Notes: a model not told the origin generated them from the sequence alone. 64,000 nucleotides of DNA from an uncultured delta proteobacterium (GCA_963771465.1 CAVYTU010000011.1:64001-128000), one strand, 5' to 3'. Counted from the stretch's first letter, positions 20,430 through 31,243 are shown. Numbers and translations are program-made.

Positions 20430-20876
20430 GTCAAAGAATCGCAGTGCCCTCTCGGAAGCGGGATAGCGGAGGTGGGCAACGATTTCCTTTTTCATCCGAC
20501 TGGTATCGGCGATGACCGAGGTCATGCCCCTCTCTATCATGTCACGGGTGAGTGGGCTGCGCGGGCCGGCGGCGAGTGCCGCGTCGACCAGGTTTTGCGT
20601 GTAGATGGTGTTGGTTCGGTGCAGGAACTCTTGCGGATGAGGTTAAAACAGAACGCCGGCGAGGTAAACGATGCAATCGATGTTTGCACAAACTGGCCGT
20701 AGCGAAGCGAGATCATTGAGATCGCCGCGGACAATTTCGGCATTAGCGCTCAGTGGCAAGTCGAAAGGCAGAGCTCGCTTATGCGTAAGCAGCCGAAGCT
20801 GATGCGGACTCGACAGCAGATGCTTCGTTAACAACGAACCGAGATTTCCCGTTGCACCGGCGATGAGAATGTTCAC
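20430..20876 (-). pseudogene. NAD-dependent epimerase/SDR pseudogene (nonsense codon plus large internal deletion)
   Basis: ILIAGATGNLG Rossmann start; TAA at 20645-20643, frame continues PHPQEFLHRTNTIYTQNLVDAALAAG then jumps to a C-terminal-like SPLTRDMI...ADTSRMKKEI..LRYP. Confidence 0.78.
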
Positions 20877-20883
20877 GCCATTT

Positions 20884-21528
20884 TCACGCTTTCGTCTTCC
20901 CAGGAAACGGGCAAATATCTTTGACTGTGCACTCGGGGCATTTGGGTTTTTTGGCGAGGCAGACGCGGCGGCCGTGGTACTGCATCAGGTGGCAGAAACG
21001 GACCCGTTGCTTTTCCGGGACGATGGCCGTCAGGTCGGCTTCGATTTTGTCGGGGTCGGTCTTTTGGGTTAAACCGAGGCGCTGTGACAGGCGCATGACG
21101 TGGGTATCGACGCCGATGGTTTGGCGGCCGAAGCTGTTGCCGAGGACGATGTTCGCGGTTTTGCGGCCGACGCCGGGGAGGTTGACTAGATCGTCTAGAT
21201 TGTCCGGCACTTTGCCGTTAAAGCGCTCGACCAGTTGCTGACAACAATTGTGAATTGCTTTGGCCTTGGTGCGGTAGAAATTGATCTTGCCGATCTGGCT
21301 CTCGAGTTTCGCCGGCGGCGTGCTGGCGTAGGCGGCGGCGCTGGGGTTGGCTTTGAACAACTCCACCGTGACTTTGTTGACCAGATCGTCACGCGCTTGG
21401 GCGGCAAGGATGAGCGCGATGAGCAGTTCCAACGGATTGGTAAAGTCGAGATCGAGTTTGGCGTCGGGATGAGCTCTCTCCAGCCGCGCGATTAATTTTT
21501 TTACGTCCATCTTCTTTTTTGCAGCCAC
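20884..21528 (-). CDS. nth: Endonuclease III
   Basis: HhH LPGVGRKTANIVL, VDTHV, 4Fe-4S motif CLAKKPKCPECTVKDIC. Confidence 0.96.
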   Translation of the reverse strand: MAAKKKMDVKKLIARLERAHPDAKLDLDFTNPLELLIALILAAQARDDLVNKVTVELFKANPSAAAYASTPPAKLESQIGKINFYRTKAKAIHNCCQQLVERFNGKVPDNLDDLVNLPGVGRKTANIVLGNSFGRQTIGVDTHVMRLSQRLGLTQKTDPDKIEADLTAIVPEKQRVRFCHLMQYHGRRVCLAKKPKCPECTVKDICPFPGKTKA

Positions 21529-21610
21529 GGATTCTCCCCCGGCGCGACGATTTTGGTTTTGGCGAAAAATATGGTAGCAAAAAGCCTGTCATAAATGGAG
21601 GAATTTAGAA

Positions 21611-21967
21611 ATGGAAGCTAATGCAACGACGACCGCGAAGCAAAAAATTCAGCAGCTGAAGAAGCAAAAAGTCGAGATTCACACCGCTTCGCTCGATCGT
21701 GTAAAAGTTAGAAGGATTCAGCGGAAAATTAAACTGCTTAAGCGACAAACCCGCGACCTCGCTGGGGCGAAGAAATTAGCCGCTGCGAAAGCCGCCGCCG
21801 AGGTCTCAGCCAAAGAGGCGGCCGAGAAGGCCGCAGCGGCTGCCGCCGCAGCAGCAGCCAAGGCCGCTGAAGCCGCACAGGCGGCAGAAGCAGCCGCCGC
21901 CGCCAAAGCCGCTGAGGCGGCCGAGGCAGCAGCCGCAGCCAAAGCCGCGGAACCAGCGGCCGAATAG
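21611..21967 (+). CDS. Small basic coiled-coil protein with Ala/Glu/Lys low-complexity tail
   Basis: RBS GGAGGA; Lys/Arg-rich N-half; AAAAKAAEAA repeats. Confidence 0.7.
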   Translation: MEANATTTAKQKIQQLKKQKVEIHTASLDRVKVRRIQRKIKLLKRQTRDLAGAKKLAAAKAAAEVSAKEAAEKAAAAAAAAAAKAAEAAQAAEAAAAAKAAEAAEAAAAAKAAEPAAE

Positions 21968-21976
21968 CCACTTGCC

Positions 21977-23032
21977 ATGAATACGCCGCCTCCTCTGCGC
22001 GGCCGCGGCTCGGCGAGCAATCCGAAGAACCGTTTCGAGTCCATCGAGCGGGTGCCCGAGCCGCCAGAGGATGATGACGACATCTCTTCGCCCCACACGC
22101 TGTTTTTCCCCGACAGCTCCAAATCCATCGTCGCCTACAACGACAGCCCGGACGTCGGCTTCGACGCCAGCGTCAATCCTTACCGCGGCTGCGAGCATGG
22201 CTGTGTTTACTGCTACGCTCGGCCCACGCACGAGTATCTCGGCTTCTCTGCCGGCCTGGATTTCGAGACCAAGATTATGGTCAAAGACGATGCGCCGGAG
22301 CTTTTGCGCCGAGAATTGTCGAGTCCGAAATGGAAGCCACAGTTGGTTTCACTGAGCGGCAACACGGACTGCTATCAGCCGGTGGAAAAACAGAAACAGT
22401 TAACCCGGCGTTGCCTAGAAGTGTTGCTCGAATTCCGCAATCCCGTGGTGATCGTCACGAAGAATCATTTGGTGACCCGCGACATTGACGTACTTTCGGA
22501 ATTGGCCAAGTTCGATTGCATCGGCGTGACGCTGTCGCTGACGACCTTGGATCACAAGCTGGCTGCGTTGATGGAGCCACGCGCGTCGCGCCCGTCGCGG
22601 CGTTTGGATGCGATTGGTAAACTCGCCGATGCCGGCGTGCCGGTCGGCTATCTGCAAGCGCCGATGATTCCGGGGCTGACGGATTCCGAGGCGCCGGCGA
22701 TCGCGCTGGCCGCCAAGAAAGCCGGCGCGACCTTTTCCGGCTACGTCGCGCTGCGCTTGCCGTTCGGCGTGAAAGATTTGTTCGAACAGTGGCTGCAACA
22801 ACACTATCCCGACCGGAAAGAAAAAATTCTCCACCGCGTGCGCGAAATCCGCGGCGGCAAGCTCAACGATGCCAATTTCAAATCGCGCATGCGCGGCGAG
22901 GGGATTTACGCCGAGCAGATGGCCAAGCTGTTCGATCTCGCGCGCAAGAAGTCGGGGATTACAGCCAGATGGCCGAAGCTCACGACCGAACACTTTCGCC
23001 GGCCGGGGAAGGATCAGTTGAGTTTGTTTTGA
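21977..23032 (+). CDS. PA0069/Rv2578c-family radical SAM protein (SplB-related)
   Basis: NPYRGCEHGCVYCYARPTH, NTDCYQPVE, C-terminal QLSLF clamp-binding motif. Confidence 0.93.
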   Translation: MNTPPPLRGRGSASNPKNRFESIERVPEPPEDDDDISSPHTLFFPDSSKSIVAYNDSPDVGFDASVNPYRGCEHGCVYCYARPTHEYLGFSAGLDFETKIMVKDDAPELLRRELSSPKWKPQLVSLSGNTDCYQPVEKQKQLTRRCLEVLLEFRNPVVIVTKNHLVTRDIDVLSELAKFDCIGVTLSLTTLDHKLAALMEPRASRPSRRLDAIGKLADAGVPVGYLQAPMIPGLTDSEAPAIALAAKKAGATFSGYVALRLPFGVKDLFEQWLQQHYPDRKEKILHRVREIRGGKLNDANFKSRMRGEGIYAEQMAKLFDLARKKSGITARWPKLTTEHFRRPGKDQLSLF

Positions 23033-23063
23033 CTGCGTAAATTGGCGCGCCAAACCGACGCGC

Positions 23064-23414
23064 TCAGTCGCAGTAATATTCAAGCTGGTAGCCGTTGGGG
23101 TCTGAAATATAGAGAGCGCTTTTGCCGCGGCGGCCTTCGATCTTTATGGCACTGTCGGTGAATTTTTTCTCCATCCGCTTCAGACCGGCGGCGGTCACTT
23201 TGAAGCCGATGTGTTCTAAGCCTTGTTTACCGGAAGTCCGTTGGGCAGCTTTGACGAAGTTCAACAAATCACCGCTGCCGGGAGTGGTGAGGAAGATCAT
23301 CTTCGGCGGATGGCGAAACGCGACTTTAAGGCCCAGAATACCTACGTAGAAATCTTCGGTTTTCTTAAGATCGCGCACTTTGAGGGCGATGTGGCTTAGG
23401 CCGGTTTTTGCCAT
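23064..23414 (-). CDS. VOC (glyoxalase-like) family protein
   Basis: LSHIALKVRDL, GLEHIGF, YISDPNGYQLE. Confidence 0.88.
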   Translation of the reverse strand: MAKTGLSHIALKVRDLKKTEDFYVGILGLKVAFRHPPKMIFLTTPGSGDLLNFVKAAQRTSGKQGLEHIGFKVTAAGLKRMEKKFTDSAIKIEGRRGKSALYISDPNGYQLEYYCD

Positions 23415-23561
23415 GGCTTGAACTCCCGTGTTCGTGTAACCCGTTCGTCAGTTGGCTTTTCTATACCTCATCGAATCTGCTTCATACAACCTGAATCCGT
23501 GCTTTTACAACCGCTGCGATACTTGCTAGTTTGACCACTCTCGCGCCGTGGTGACTCTGCT

Positions 23562-24872
23562 TTGAATGCTTCGTCGGTATCATCGGTTTCCTATCGCAAG
23601 CCAAAAATTTTCTATGGCTGGTACATCGTCGGCGTCGGTTTCCTTTCCCATGTCGCTTGCGCGTTTCATATGTCGAGCACGCTGAGCGTGTTTCTCAAGC
23701 CATTGACCGAGGACTTGGCGGTTTCGCGTGGCTTGTTTTCGCTGCTGCGCTCCGGCGAGATATTGATCGGCGCGGCGATGGCGCCGCTGGTTGGGCCGAT
23801 GGTCGATCGCTTCGGCGGGCGCTGGCTGATGGCCGGTGGCGCGCTGGCGGCGGGCATCGGTTTGGTGGCGCTCAGTCAAGTCAGTGCCTTTTGGCAGTTT
23901 CTCATTCTGCGCTGGACGCTAATCACCGTCGGCGGCGTGTTCATGTGTCATATGGTCGTGAGCGTTACGGTGTCGCGTTGGTTCGTGCACAAGCGCGGCC
24001 GGGCGATTGCGATTGCGAGCTTGGGTCAAGGTTTCTCCAAGGTTCTGATTCCAGTGGTCAGCGCGGCGCTGTTTGTCTCGGTCGGCTGGCGCTTCACCTG
24101 GGCGATCTTTGGCGCGATTACGTTGGTCATCGTTCTCATACCGGCGTTTATTTTCATGCGCCGCAGTCCGGAAGATATGGGAATGCAACCGGATGGTATT
24201 GACGAGCCCGTTGTCACCGCAAGTGTCGCACCATCGAAGCACGACACGAAGCCGGCCAAAGACGTTTCCACCGACGAAGTGGTCTGGACATGGCAAGAAG
24301 TGATGCGCACGCAGACGTTCTGGATTATTTGTTTCATCTACGGCATGGCCAACGTCGGCATCGCCGGGCTTAATTTGCACGTATTTGCCTACGTCACCGA
24401 CATTGGCTTTTCGGCCATCGTCGCCGCGACCGTGCTGAGCATTATCGCTTCGACGCAGCTCGGCTCAACATTAGTATGGGGCGTCATCAGCGAGCGCATG
24501 GAAATCCGTCGTTCCAGCATGCTGATGTTTCTCACTCAGGCGATCGGTTTAGCACTGGTGCTCGCGATGGATCGGATCGTGCCGCTGTACGCCGGCTTTT
24601 TGCTCTATGGTATCGGTCTGGGCGGCGGCTGGGTGTTGCAAGAACTGATCTGGGCAAACTACTTCGGCCGCGTGTCGCTCGGCATGGTACGCGGCCTCGG
24701 CATTCTTGTCACCCACGCTTTTGGCGCCGCCGGTGCGCCGTTCTTTGGCTTCGTGCATGATCTTACCGGCAGCTATCGGTCGTCCTTTCTGACCTTCGTC
24801 ATTGCGCTGCTGCTCTCGGCGTTGTTAAGTTTGATGGTACGGACGCCGCGAAAAAAGTCGTTGACGGCGTGA
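23562..24872 (+). CDS. MFS transporter (OFA/MCT-like)
   Basis: FYGWYIV, motif A GPMVDRFGGR, WFVHKRGRAI, 12 TM segments. Confidence 0.92.
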   Translation: MNASSVSSVSYRKPKIFYGWYIVGVGFLSHVACAFHMSSTLSVFLKPLTEDLAVSRGLFSLLRSGEILIGAAMAPLVGPMVDRFGGRWLMAGGALAAGIGLVALSQVSAFWQFLILRWTLITVGGVFMCHMVVSVTVSRWFVHKRGRAIAIASLGQGFSKVLIPVVSAALFVSVGWRFTWAIFGAITLVIVLIPAFIFMRRSPEDMGMQPDGIDEPVVTASVAPSKHDTKPAKDVSTDEVVWTWQEVMRTQTFWIICFIYGMANVGIAGLNLHVFAYVTDIGFSAIVAATVLSIIASTQLGSTLVWGVISERMEIRRSSMLMFLTQAIGLALVLAMDRIVPLYAGFLLYGIGLGGGWVLQELIWANYFGRVSLGMVRGLGILVTHAFGAAGAPFFGFVHDLTGSYRSSFLTFVIALLLSALLSLMVRTPRKKSLTA

Positions 24873-24929
24873 GTTGACCGTGGTTCCAGACGGGGCATAA
24901 TAAGATTCATCAGGCAACACGCTGACGAC

Positions 24930-26069
24930 ATGGCTTTATCCGCGCAAAACTCCTCAGTGCTTCGAACCGACACTTCTCGTGACGGCTCGACTCGTTTGAG
25001 CATCGTCGGCCGGCTGGATTCGACGACGACTGGTGGCATGTGGCGTCAAGCGACGGCAGCGCTCGGACGCGCCAAAGCTGTGCAGGTCACCGTCGATGCG
25101 TCGGGAATCGAATACTGCGACGGCTCGGGTATCGCCTTATTAGTGTACTTACGGAATTATCAAAGCGCGCGCGGCGGACAATTGACCATCGAGGGTCTGC
25201 ACCCTGAATTCGACGAACTGCTCAAGGACGCGACCGCGGGCGATTCGTTATCGCCGACCGCGCCCACCGCGGAACGCGCCAACTTTGTCGAGCAAATCGG
25301 CAAGGGCGTTTTCGATATTCTTCAAGATATTGGCGCGGTCATAAGTTTTGTCGGTGAGTTGTTCTTGGCCATGGTGCAGGCGGCGCGGCATCCGCGCCGG
25401 GTGCGTTGGCACGATACACTATTGATCGCCGAAGCGGTCGGCGTTGACGCCTTGCCGATCGTCATGCTGGTCGGCTTTCTCATGGGATTGATCATGGCCT
25501 TTCAGGCGGCGGTGCCGCTCGGGCAGTTCGGCGCGCAAATTTTTGTCGCCAATCTGATCGGTCTGGCGATCCTGCGCGAACTCGGGCCGCTGATGACGGC
25601 GATCGTTTTGGCCGGCCGCTCGGGTTCAGCATTCGCCGCCGAATTGGGCACCATGAAAGTGCGCGAAGAGATCGACGCGCTCAAGACCATGGGATTGGAA
25701 CCCGTGCGTTTTCTCGTCGTGCCGCGGGTCATTGCCGCGCTGGTTATGACGCCGCTGCTGACCGTGTTCGCCGATCTGGTTGGCCTGATGGGCGGCTCGG
25801 TAGTGCTGATGTCGCTCGGCTTTCCACTGATAACTTTTTTTAATCAGGTCCAAACCGCTGTGACCTACGGCTCGCCGGTAGGCGGTTTGGTGAAAGCTTT
25901 TTTTTTCGGCATTCTGGTCGCGGCGATCGGCTGTTTGCGTGGGTTGCAAACCAAAACCGGCGCCAGCGCGGTCGGTGTATCGACTACCAGCGCCGTGGTC
26001 AGCGGAATTATCTTGATCGTGATTACCGATGGGGTGTTTTCCGTCATCTATTACTACCTGTGGGTGTGA
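24930..26069 (+). CDS. mlaE: STAS + MlaE family ABC permease
   Basis: N-terminal STAS (DGSGIALL); RELGPLMTAIVLAGRSGSAFAAELGTM, EEIDALKTMG. Confidence 0.92.
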   Translation: MALSAQNSSVLRTDTSRDGSTRLSIVGRLDSTTTGGMWRQATAALGRAKAVQVTVDASGIEYCDGSGIALLVYLRNYQSARGGQLTIEGLHPEFDELLKDATAGDSLSPTAPTAERANFVEQIGKGVFDILQDIGAVISFVGELFLAMVQAARHPRRVRWHDTLLIAEAVGVDALPIVMLVGFLMGLIMAFQAAVPLGQFGAQIFVANLIGLAILRELGPLMTAIVLAGRSGSAFAAELGTMKVREEIDALKTMGLEPVRFLVVPRVIAALVMTPLLTVFADLVGLMGGSVVLMSLGFPLITFFNQVQTAVTYGSPVGGLVKAFFFGILVAAIGCLRGLQTKTGASAVGVSTTSAVVSGIILIVITDGVFSVIYYYLWV

Positions 26070-26081
26070 GCGCGAACACTT

Positions 26082-26843
26082 GTGGCCGGCGAAGCAATTA
26101 TCCACGTCGAAGATCTCACCGCGGACTACGGTGGCGATGTGATTCTTCGCGACATTAACTTCGAAGTGTTTGTCGGTGAAGTATTCGTGATCTTGGGAGG
26201 GTCCGGCAGCGGCAAGAGCACCTTGCTAAAGCATATGATCGGCCTGTACAAGCCGGCCAGTGGTAAGATTCTCATTGACGGGCACGATATCGTCAGCGCT
26301 GACGATCGGCAGCGCAAAGAAATTCTGCGCAAGTTCGGCGTGATGTATCAAAGCGGCGCGCTGTTCGGTTCGATGACGCTGCTGGACAACATCCAGCTGC
26401 CGTTGGAGGAATTTACCGATTTGCCGCCGGAGGCGGTTCGCTTGATCGCTTTGATGAAACTCAAGCAAGTCGGCTTGGCCGGATTCGATAGTCACATGCC
26501 GTCGGAGCTAAGCGGCGGCATGCAGAAGCGCGCAGCGATCGCCCGCGCCATGGCGCTCGACCCGCGGATTTTGTTTCTCGACGAACCGTCGGCGGGACTC
26601 GATCCGATTACGTCCGCGGAGATCGACGAGTTGATCATCAGCTTATCGAGCACCCTTAAAATGACTTTTGTCATCGTCACCCACGAGCTGCCGAGTATCT
26701 ATGCGATTGCGGATCGGGTGATTATGTTGGATAAAAAAGTGCAGGGCATCGTCGCTACGGGTAAACCGCAAGATTTGCGCGATCATAGCGACAATCCCTG
26801 GGTCCGTCAGTTCTTTTCGCGCCGAGCGTCGCGCGACAACTAG
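26082..26843 (+). CDS. mlaF: MlaF/Mkl family ABC ATPase
   Basis: GGSGSGKS, YQSGALF, LSGGMQKRAAIARA, DEPSAGLDP. Confidence 0.92.
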   Translation: MAGEAIIHVEDLTADYGGDVILRDINFEVFVGEVFVILGGSGSGKSTLLKHMIGLYKPASGKILIDGHDIVSADDRQRKEILRKFGVMYQSGALFGSMTLLDNIQLPLEEFTDLPPEAVRLIALMKLKQVGLAGFDSHMPSELSGGMQKRAAIARAMALDPRILFLDEPSAGLDPITSAEIDELIISLSSTLKMTFVIVTHELPSIYAIADRVIMLDKKVQGIVATGKPQDLRDHSDNPWVRQFFSRRASRDN

Positions 26844-26873
26844 CAAGCGCGCCGGTAATCGGTTGATTCGCCC

Positions 26874-27932
26874 ATGAGGAACTTTAGCTATTTCAAAGTC
26901 GGCGTGTTCGTCATCGCAGCCTCGGTGATCGCGGTTATCGGCGTGATCCTACTCGGGGTCGGCTCGGTGTTTCAAAAAGATATCCTGGTCGAGACCTACA
27001 TCGATGAATCGGTTCAGGGTCTCGACGTCGGCTCGCCGGTCAAGTTCCGCGGCGTGCCCATCGGCAAAGTCGAACAGATCACGCTCACCAGCGTCGAGTA
27101 TGCCACCACCAAACGTTACGTATTGGTGCGCACCGGCATTTCGCCGGACCTGTTCCACGGCAACTTGGCCGAGCTCAGCGCTTCCGGTTTCAAAGCGGAA
27201 ATCGAGCGCGGCCTGCGCTTGCGCATGGCCGCCCAGGGCCTCACCGGTGTCGCCTATCTCGAAGCCGACTACGCCGATCCGCAGCGTAACCCGCCGTTGG
27301 AAATCGATTGGCAGCCGAGGTATCCCTATGTGCCGTCGACTCTCAGCCGCATCACTCAGCTCGGCGAGTCGGTGGAGAAAATCTTGCGCGGCATCGAGAA
27401 CGTCGACCTTGGCCGTCTGGTCGACGGCATCGAAAAATCGTTGACCGCCATCACCAAAGTCGCCGAAGGGGCGAATCTGGAGAAACTGGGTAAAGAAGCG
27501 AATGCATTCCTGTCCGAGGTGCGCGACACCAACCGGCAACTTAAAGAGGTCGTCGGCAGCGCGGAGCTGAAATCGGTTATGCAAGATGGCGCAGGGGCGG
27601 CCAAAAGAGCGCGGGAAATTATTGATAACGCCGAGAAGCCCGTGAAGCAACTTCTGGTGGACCTGCCACAGGCGTCCGAGGGTTTGAACCGGCTGGTCAA
27701 GCGATTGGATTCGGTTGCCACCGATTTGCCTGAGACGAGCGCTCAACTACGCCAAACGATCCAGCGCATGAATCGCTTGATCGCGAACCAACAGCGAGAC
27801 ATCGAAAGGACCATGGACAACTTGCGAGCGATCTCGGACAACATGAAAGAGCTCACCGAGAACTCAAAGAAGTATCCATCGCAAGTGCTCTTCGGTGCGC
27901 CGCCACCACCTTCGAAGGCCATCCAACGATGA
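26874..27932 (+). CDS. mlaD: MlaD/MCE domain protein
   Basis: N-terminal TM, SVQGLDVGSPVKFRGVPIGKV, QGLTG, helical C-terminus. Confidence 0.9.
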   Translation: MRNFSYFKVGVFVIAASVIAVIGVILLGVGSVFQKDILVETYIDESVQGLDVGSPVKFRGVPIGKVEQITLTSVEYATTKRYVLVRTGISPDLFHGNLAELSASGFKAEIERGLRLRMAAQGLTGVAYLEADYADPQRNPPLEIDWQPRYPYVPSTLSRITQLGESVEKILRGIENVDLGRLVDGIEKSLTAITKVAEGANLEKLGKEANAFLSEVRDTNRQLKEVVGSAELKSVMQDGAGAAKRAREIIDNAEKPVKQLLVDLPQASEGLNRLVKRLDSVATDLPETSAQLRQTIQRMNRLIANQQRDIERTMDNLRAISDNMKELTENSKKYPSQVLFGAPPPPSKAIQR

Positions 27933-28549
27933 AGCGATCGCACCAGCGAATCTGCCGCGTTATTCTGTTGCTCTTGATCTCTTGCTACGGCTGCGTCTCT
28001 TTGGAACGGAGCTATCCGGAGAAGCGCTACTTTGTCCTCGAAGCTGCACAGAACGTTGTCCCGGCCAACCCGCCCGGTGAGCGAATCCTGTCAGTTGACA
28101 ATCTGCGGGTCTCGCCTCGATACGCCGACAGAAGTTTTGTTTATCGAATCTCGGAAGCGGGATACGAGACCGATTTTTATAATCAGTTTCTCACGGCGAC
28201 GGACGTGATGATCGGCGAGGAGGTGCGCCGCGGGCTCGGAGCGTCGCAATTTTTTAAATATGTCGTCGGTTCCTCGAACCAGCTGCAACCCAATTATGTT
28301 TTGGAAGGGTCCATTAACGCACTTTACGGCGACTTCCGTAATCTCAATGCGCCGGCGGCGGTGCTAGAAATCGAATTTTTCCTGCACAACGAAGATGCCG
28401 CCAATCCGGGCATTGCCTTGCAAAAGCGCTATATGAAGTCGGTTGCGATCGACACCCGATCGCCCGACGCGCTGGTCAAAGGCTGGAATGCCGCGCTGAA
28501 CGAGATCCTCGCCGCATTGCTTGCGGATATGAAAGCCGTGAAGCTTTAA
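27929..28549 (+). CDS. ABC-type transport auxiliary lipoprotein (PqiC-like)
   Basis: Lipobox-like YGC; overlaps the mlaD stop (ATGA); typical fourth gene of MCE operons. Confidence 0.8.
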   Translation: MKRSHQRICRVILLLLISCYGCVSLERSYPEKRYFVLEAAQNVVPANPPGERILSVDNLRVSPRYADRSFVYRISEAGYETDFYNQFLTATDVMIGEEVRRGLGASQFFKYVVGSSNQLQPNYVLEGSINALYGDFRNLNAPAAVLEIEFFLHNEDAANPGIALQKRYMKSVAIDTRSPDALVKGWNAALNEILAALLADMKAVKL

Positions 28550-28685
28550 CTACCGGTGCGCGAAGGATGATATTCGGAAACGGAAATTTAACCGCAAAGC
28601 TTGTCCTGAGCGAAAGCGAAGGAACTTGAGTTGCCCATGGGCGCAACAGAGAATCGGCAATGTCAGCGGTGCTTAACGTCCATTG

Positions 28686-30081
28686 TCATTTCGCACGGGC
28701 CGCGTTCTCGCCAGCCAAGATTCCCGTTACTACCGCTTGCATGAGGCCGCCGGTGTAGCCGCCGCGGTGGCCGCCCATGAGACCGCCAATGGCATCGCCG
28801 GCGGCGTATAGACCGGCGATGGATTTTTCATTTTCGTCCAGCGCTTCAGCACGGCCGTTGATGGCGATGCCGCCCATGGTGAAGGTGATACCAGGGACAA
28901 CTCGCAAGCCGTAAAGCGGCGCGCGCAATGATTTAGGTTTTCCCGTGCGCGGTATTGCTTGCGTCTTCGCGGTGTTTGACTCAATGGCGCGATTATATTC
29001 TTCGACGGTTAGCTTGAAATGTGCCGCATTCAAGCCGAGCGCTTGGGCGAGTGTCTCAGCCGTATTGCGGCAGAAAATCTCGCCGCCGTTGTCGAGTATC
29101 CACGGATTGGGTGAAGGAATTTTTAGCGAAGTGGATGACGGACTGTCCTTGGACGCGGCCCAAGATTCGTGATCGAAGATCAACGTTGCGCCGGTGGGAT
29201 CGTCACGGCGGGAGAGATCGTTGGCCACCGCCACGTCGCCGCGGCCTTCGTCAACAAAGCGTTTGCCATGGGCGTCGATCAGAATGCCTTCGTCGACGAA
29301 TGAGTCCAGTCGCGGATAGGGCCAGAAGCGGTCGTCGGTGAGCGCTTTGCGCGCGATCAGATGGCCATAGAAATATTTGAGATTGACTGCCTTGGCGCCG
29401 AATGGCGAGCGCCATGTTGAGACCGTCGCCGGTATCCTGTTTCGAGCCGCGTAGTTTGCACCGATCGGCGTGCGGGCCGATGTATTTTTTGACCAGCTCT
29501 TTGTTGGCACTGAAGCCGCCGGTGGAAAGGATCGTCGCTCGGCTGCGCAATTCCATATCTTCGCCGTATTTCTTGCCGATCACTCCCACGACTCGGTTGT
29601 TCTCGACGATGAGCTTCGTGCCTACAATGCCGTTCAAGTAGCGCCCGCCAAGGGTTTGAAAACGTTTTTTGAGGCTTGTGAGCGCGCGGGTGCCGACGTC
29701 TCTTTTGTAAACCGGTCCAAGGCAGGTTTCGCTGGTCTGATCGAGCCAGACTCTCCCCGGCGCGGTCTCCTCGATGCTGACGCCTGCGCTGGTTAACCAG
29801 TCGATGGCTCGACCGCAGGTTTCCGACCAGGCCTTGACGAGATCGGGATAGCCGACGCCTTCCGACATGACAAAGTCGTAGAGCTCTTTTGAATTCGTCT
29901 TCGGACTCTTGCCGCCGGCGCGCAGACTGCCCGACGCCATCAGCACGTTGCCGTCGCCGAACTCGCCGTCACTTTTGTCGATGAGTAAAACTTGCGCGCC
30001 TTGCTCGCTGGCGCGCACCGCGGCGGTGAAGCCGGCCAGGCCGGCGCCGACGATGACGATGTCAGAGTTGATGGTGTTCAT
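28686..30081 (-). CDS. FAD-binding dehydrogenase (flavocytochrome c/TcuA/SDH-flavoprotein family); 1-nt frameshift near 29401
   Basis: IVGAGLAG, STGGF, DTGDG, TFTMGGI, GLYAAGD...YTGGL; the two ORFs join at ALAI/GAK. Confidence 0.88.
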
Positions 30082-30107
30082 GGAATAGCGTACTTGCATA
30101 AATTGAT

Positions 30108-30190
30108 TTCACCACGAAGGACACGAAGAGCACGAAGTTCGGAATATCAATTATCCGAACCCTTCGTGTCCTTCGTGGCTTCGTGGTGAA
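30108..30190. repeat. Periodic inverted repeat (CACGAAG x3 / CTTCGTG x3)
   Basis: ttcaccacgaaggacacgaagagcacgaag-ttcggaat...tatccgaa-cccttcgtgtccttcgtggcttcgtggtgaa. Confidence 0.85.
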
Positions 30191-30225
30191 TACCAAAGCT
30201 TCATCAGGTCTAATGAATTTCATCG

Positions 30226-31226
30226 CTACTGCAGTTTGTAACCCAACTCCTTCGCCACTTCCGTTGCCAGACGGTCGTCGGCGACTTCGGCGAAATTTAC
30301 TTTGCGATCGGTGAAACGGCCTTGAGCTTGGAGCGAGCGGACCAGGTTGTCGATGCCGGCTCGATTGGGAATGCCGGTTGGATTGAGCGTCGTCTGGAAC
30401 GCGTCATAGGTGTCGGCGGCGCCTTCTTTGTCCATTTTTAGAAGCCGCATGATCAACTCGACGGTCTTGGGTTTGGATTTGCGCACCTCGTCCTTGGCGA
30501 CTTGCAGCGCGCGGATGACGCGGCGCGTTTCGGCGGGACGCTCTTGCACGGTCTTCACCATGGCGGTCAGCCCGCCGCCCGGCATCTCTACCATGGCACC
30601 GACGTCCAGCAGTTTGTGAAAACCTTTTTTCGCGGCGGTAAAAATATGCGGTGGCGACATCAGCGCGGCCTCGACGAAACCGGATTCGAGTGAATGGAGT
30701 ATTTGCAGTTGCTGGCCGGGGATTCCCACCATCGCATAATCTTTGGGATTGAAGCCCGACCGTTCCAGGGCGATCGACAAGGCGACATGATTGGTGCCGC
30801 CGACGCCGCCCGACAGGGCGATCTTTTTGCCTTTGAGGTCATGGAGCGTTTTGTACTGCGCCGGCGCTTGCAGCCAGTAGGAAATGCGATCGGAGGAAAA
30901 CCAAATCGCCCGCGACGGCAAACCGGTGAGCGTCGCCGCAACGGATGCCGGGCCGACGCCGGCGACGTAATCGATGTCGCCCTGATTCATGGCGGCGGCG
31001 CCGAGGGGCGGGCTCATGACGACGATCTCAACGTCGAGACCATTCTCTCTAAAGGTGCCCCAATCGCGCGCGGCCAACAGCGGCAGCGCCGTGATCGTCA
31101 AGCCGGCGTTGGAGATGCGCACCTTGGTGCGTTTGTCTTGGCTGATTGCCGGGAGAGCGATGATAATAATTACGAGCAGTGCGAGCAAATTTGCCAGACT
31201 AATTTTTGCGGTGATAATCGATTCAT
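30226..31226 (-). CDS. SsuA/NitT/TauT-type ABC substrate-binding protein (probable frameshift in the signal peptide)
   Basis: Close paralog of 33495-34496; ATG 31226 (MNRL, as in the paralog) with RBS AAGGA is out of frame with the body. Confidence 0.85.
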
Positions 31227-31243
31227 GACTGTCCTTATCGCAT

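Noticed and set aside
20643-20645. Stop-codon read-through in the SDR gene and at 13207-13209
   Set aside because: Both are TAA, probably from CAA, in genes with other lesions and no SECIS or PYLIS; simple nonsense mutations
28598-28623. GCTTGTCCTGAGCGAAAGCGAAGGA as a regulatory site
   Set aside because: Looks like a degenerate REP-like core (similar at about 49451); too little context to assign a function
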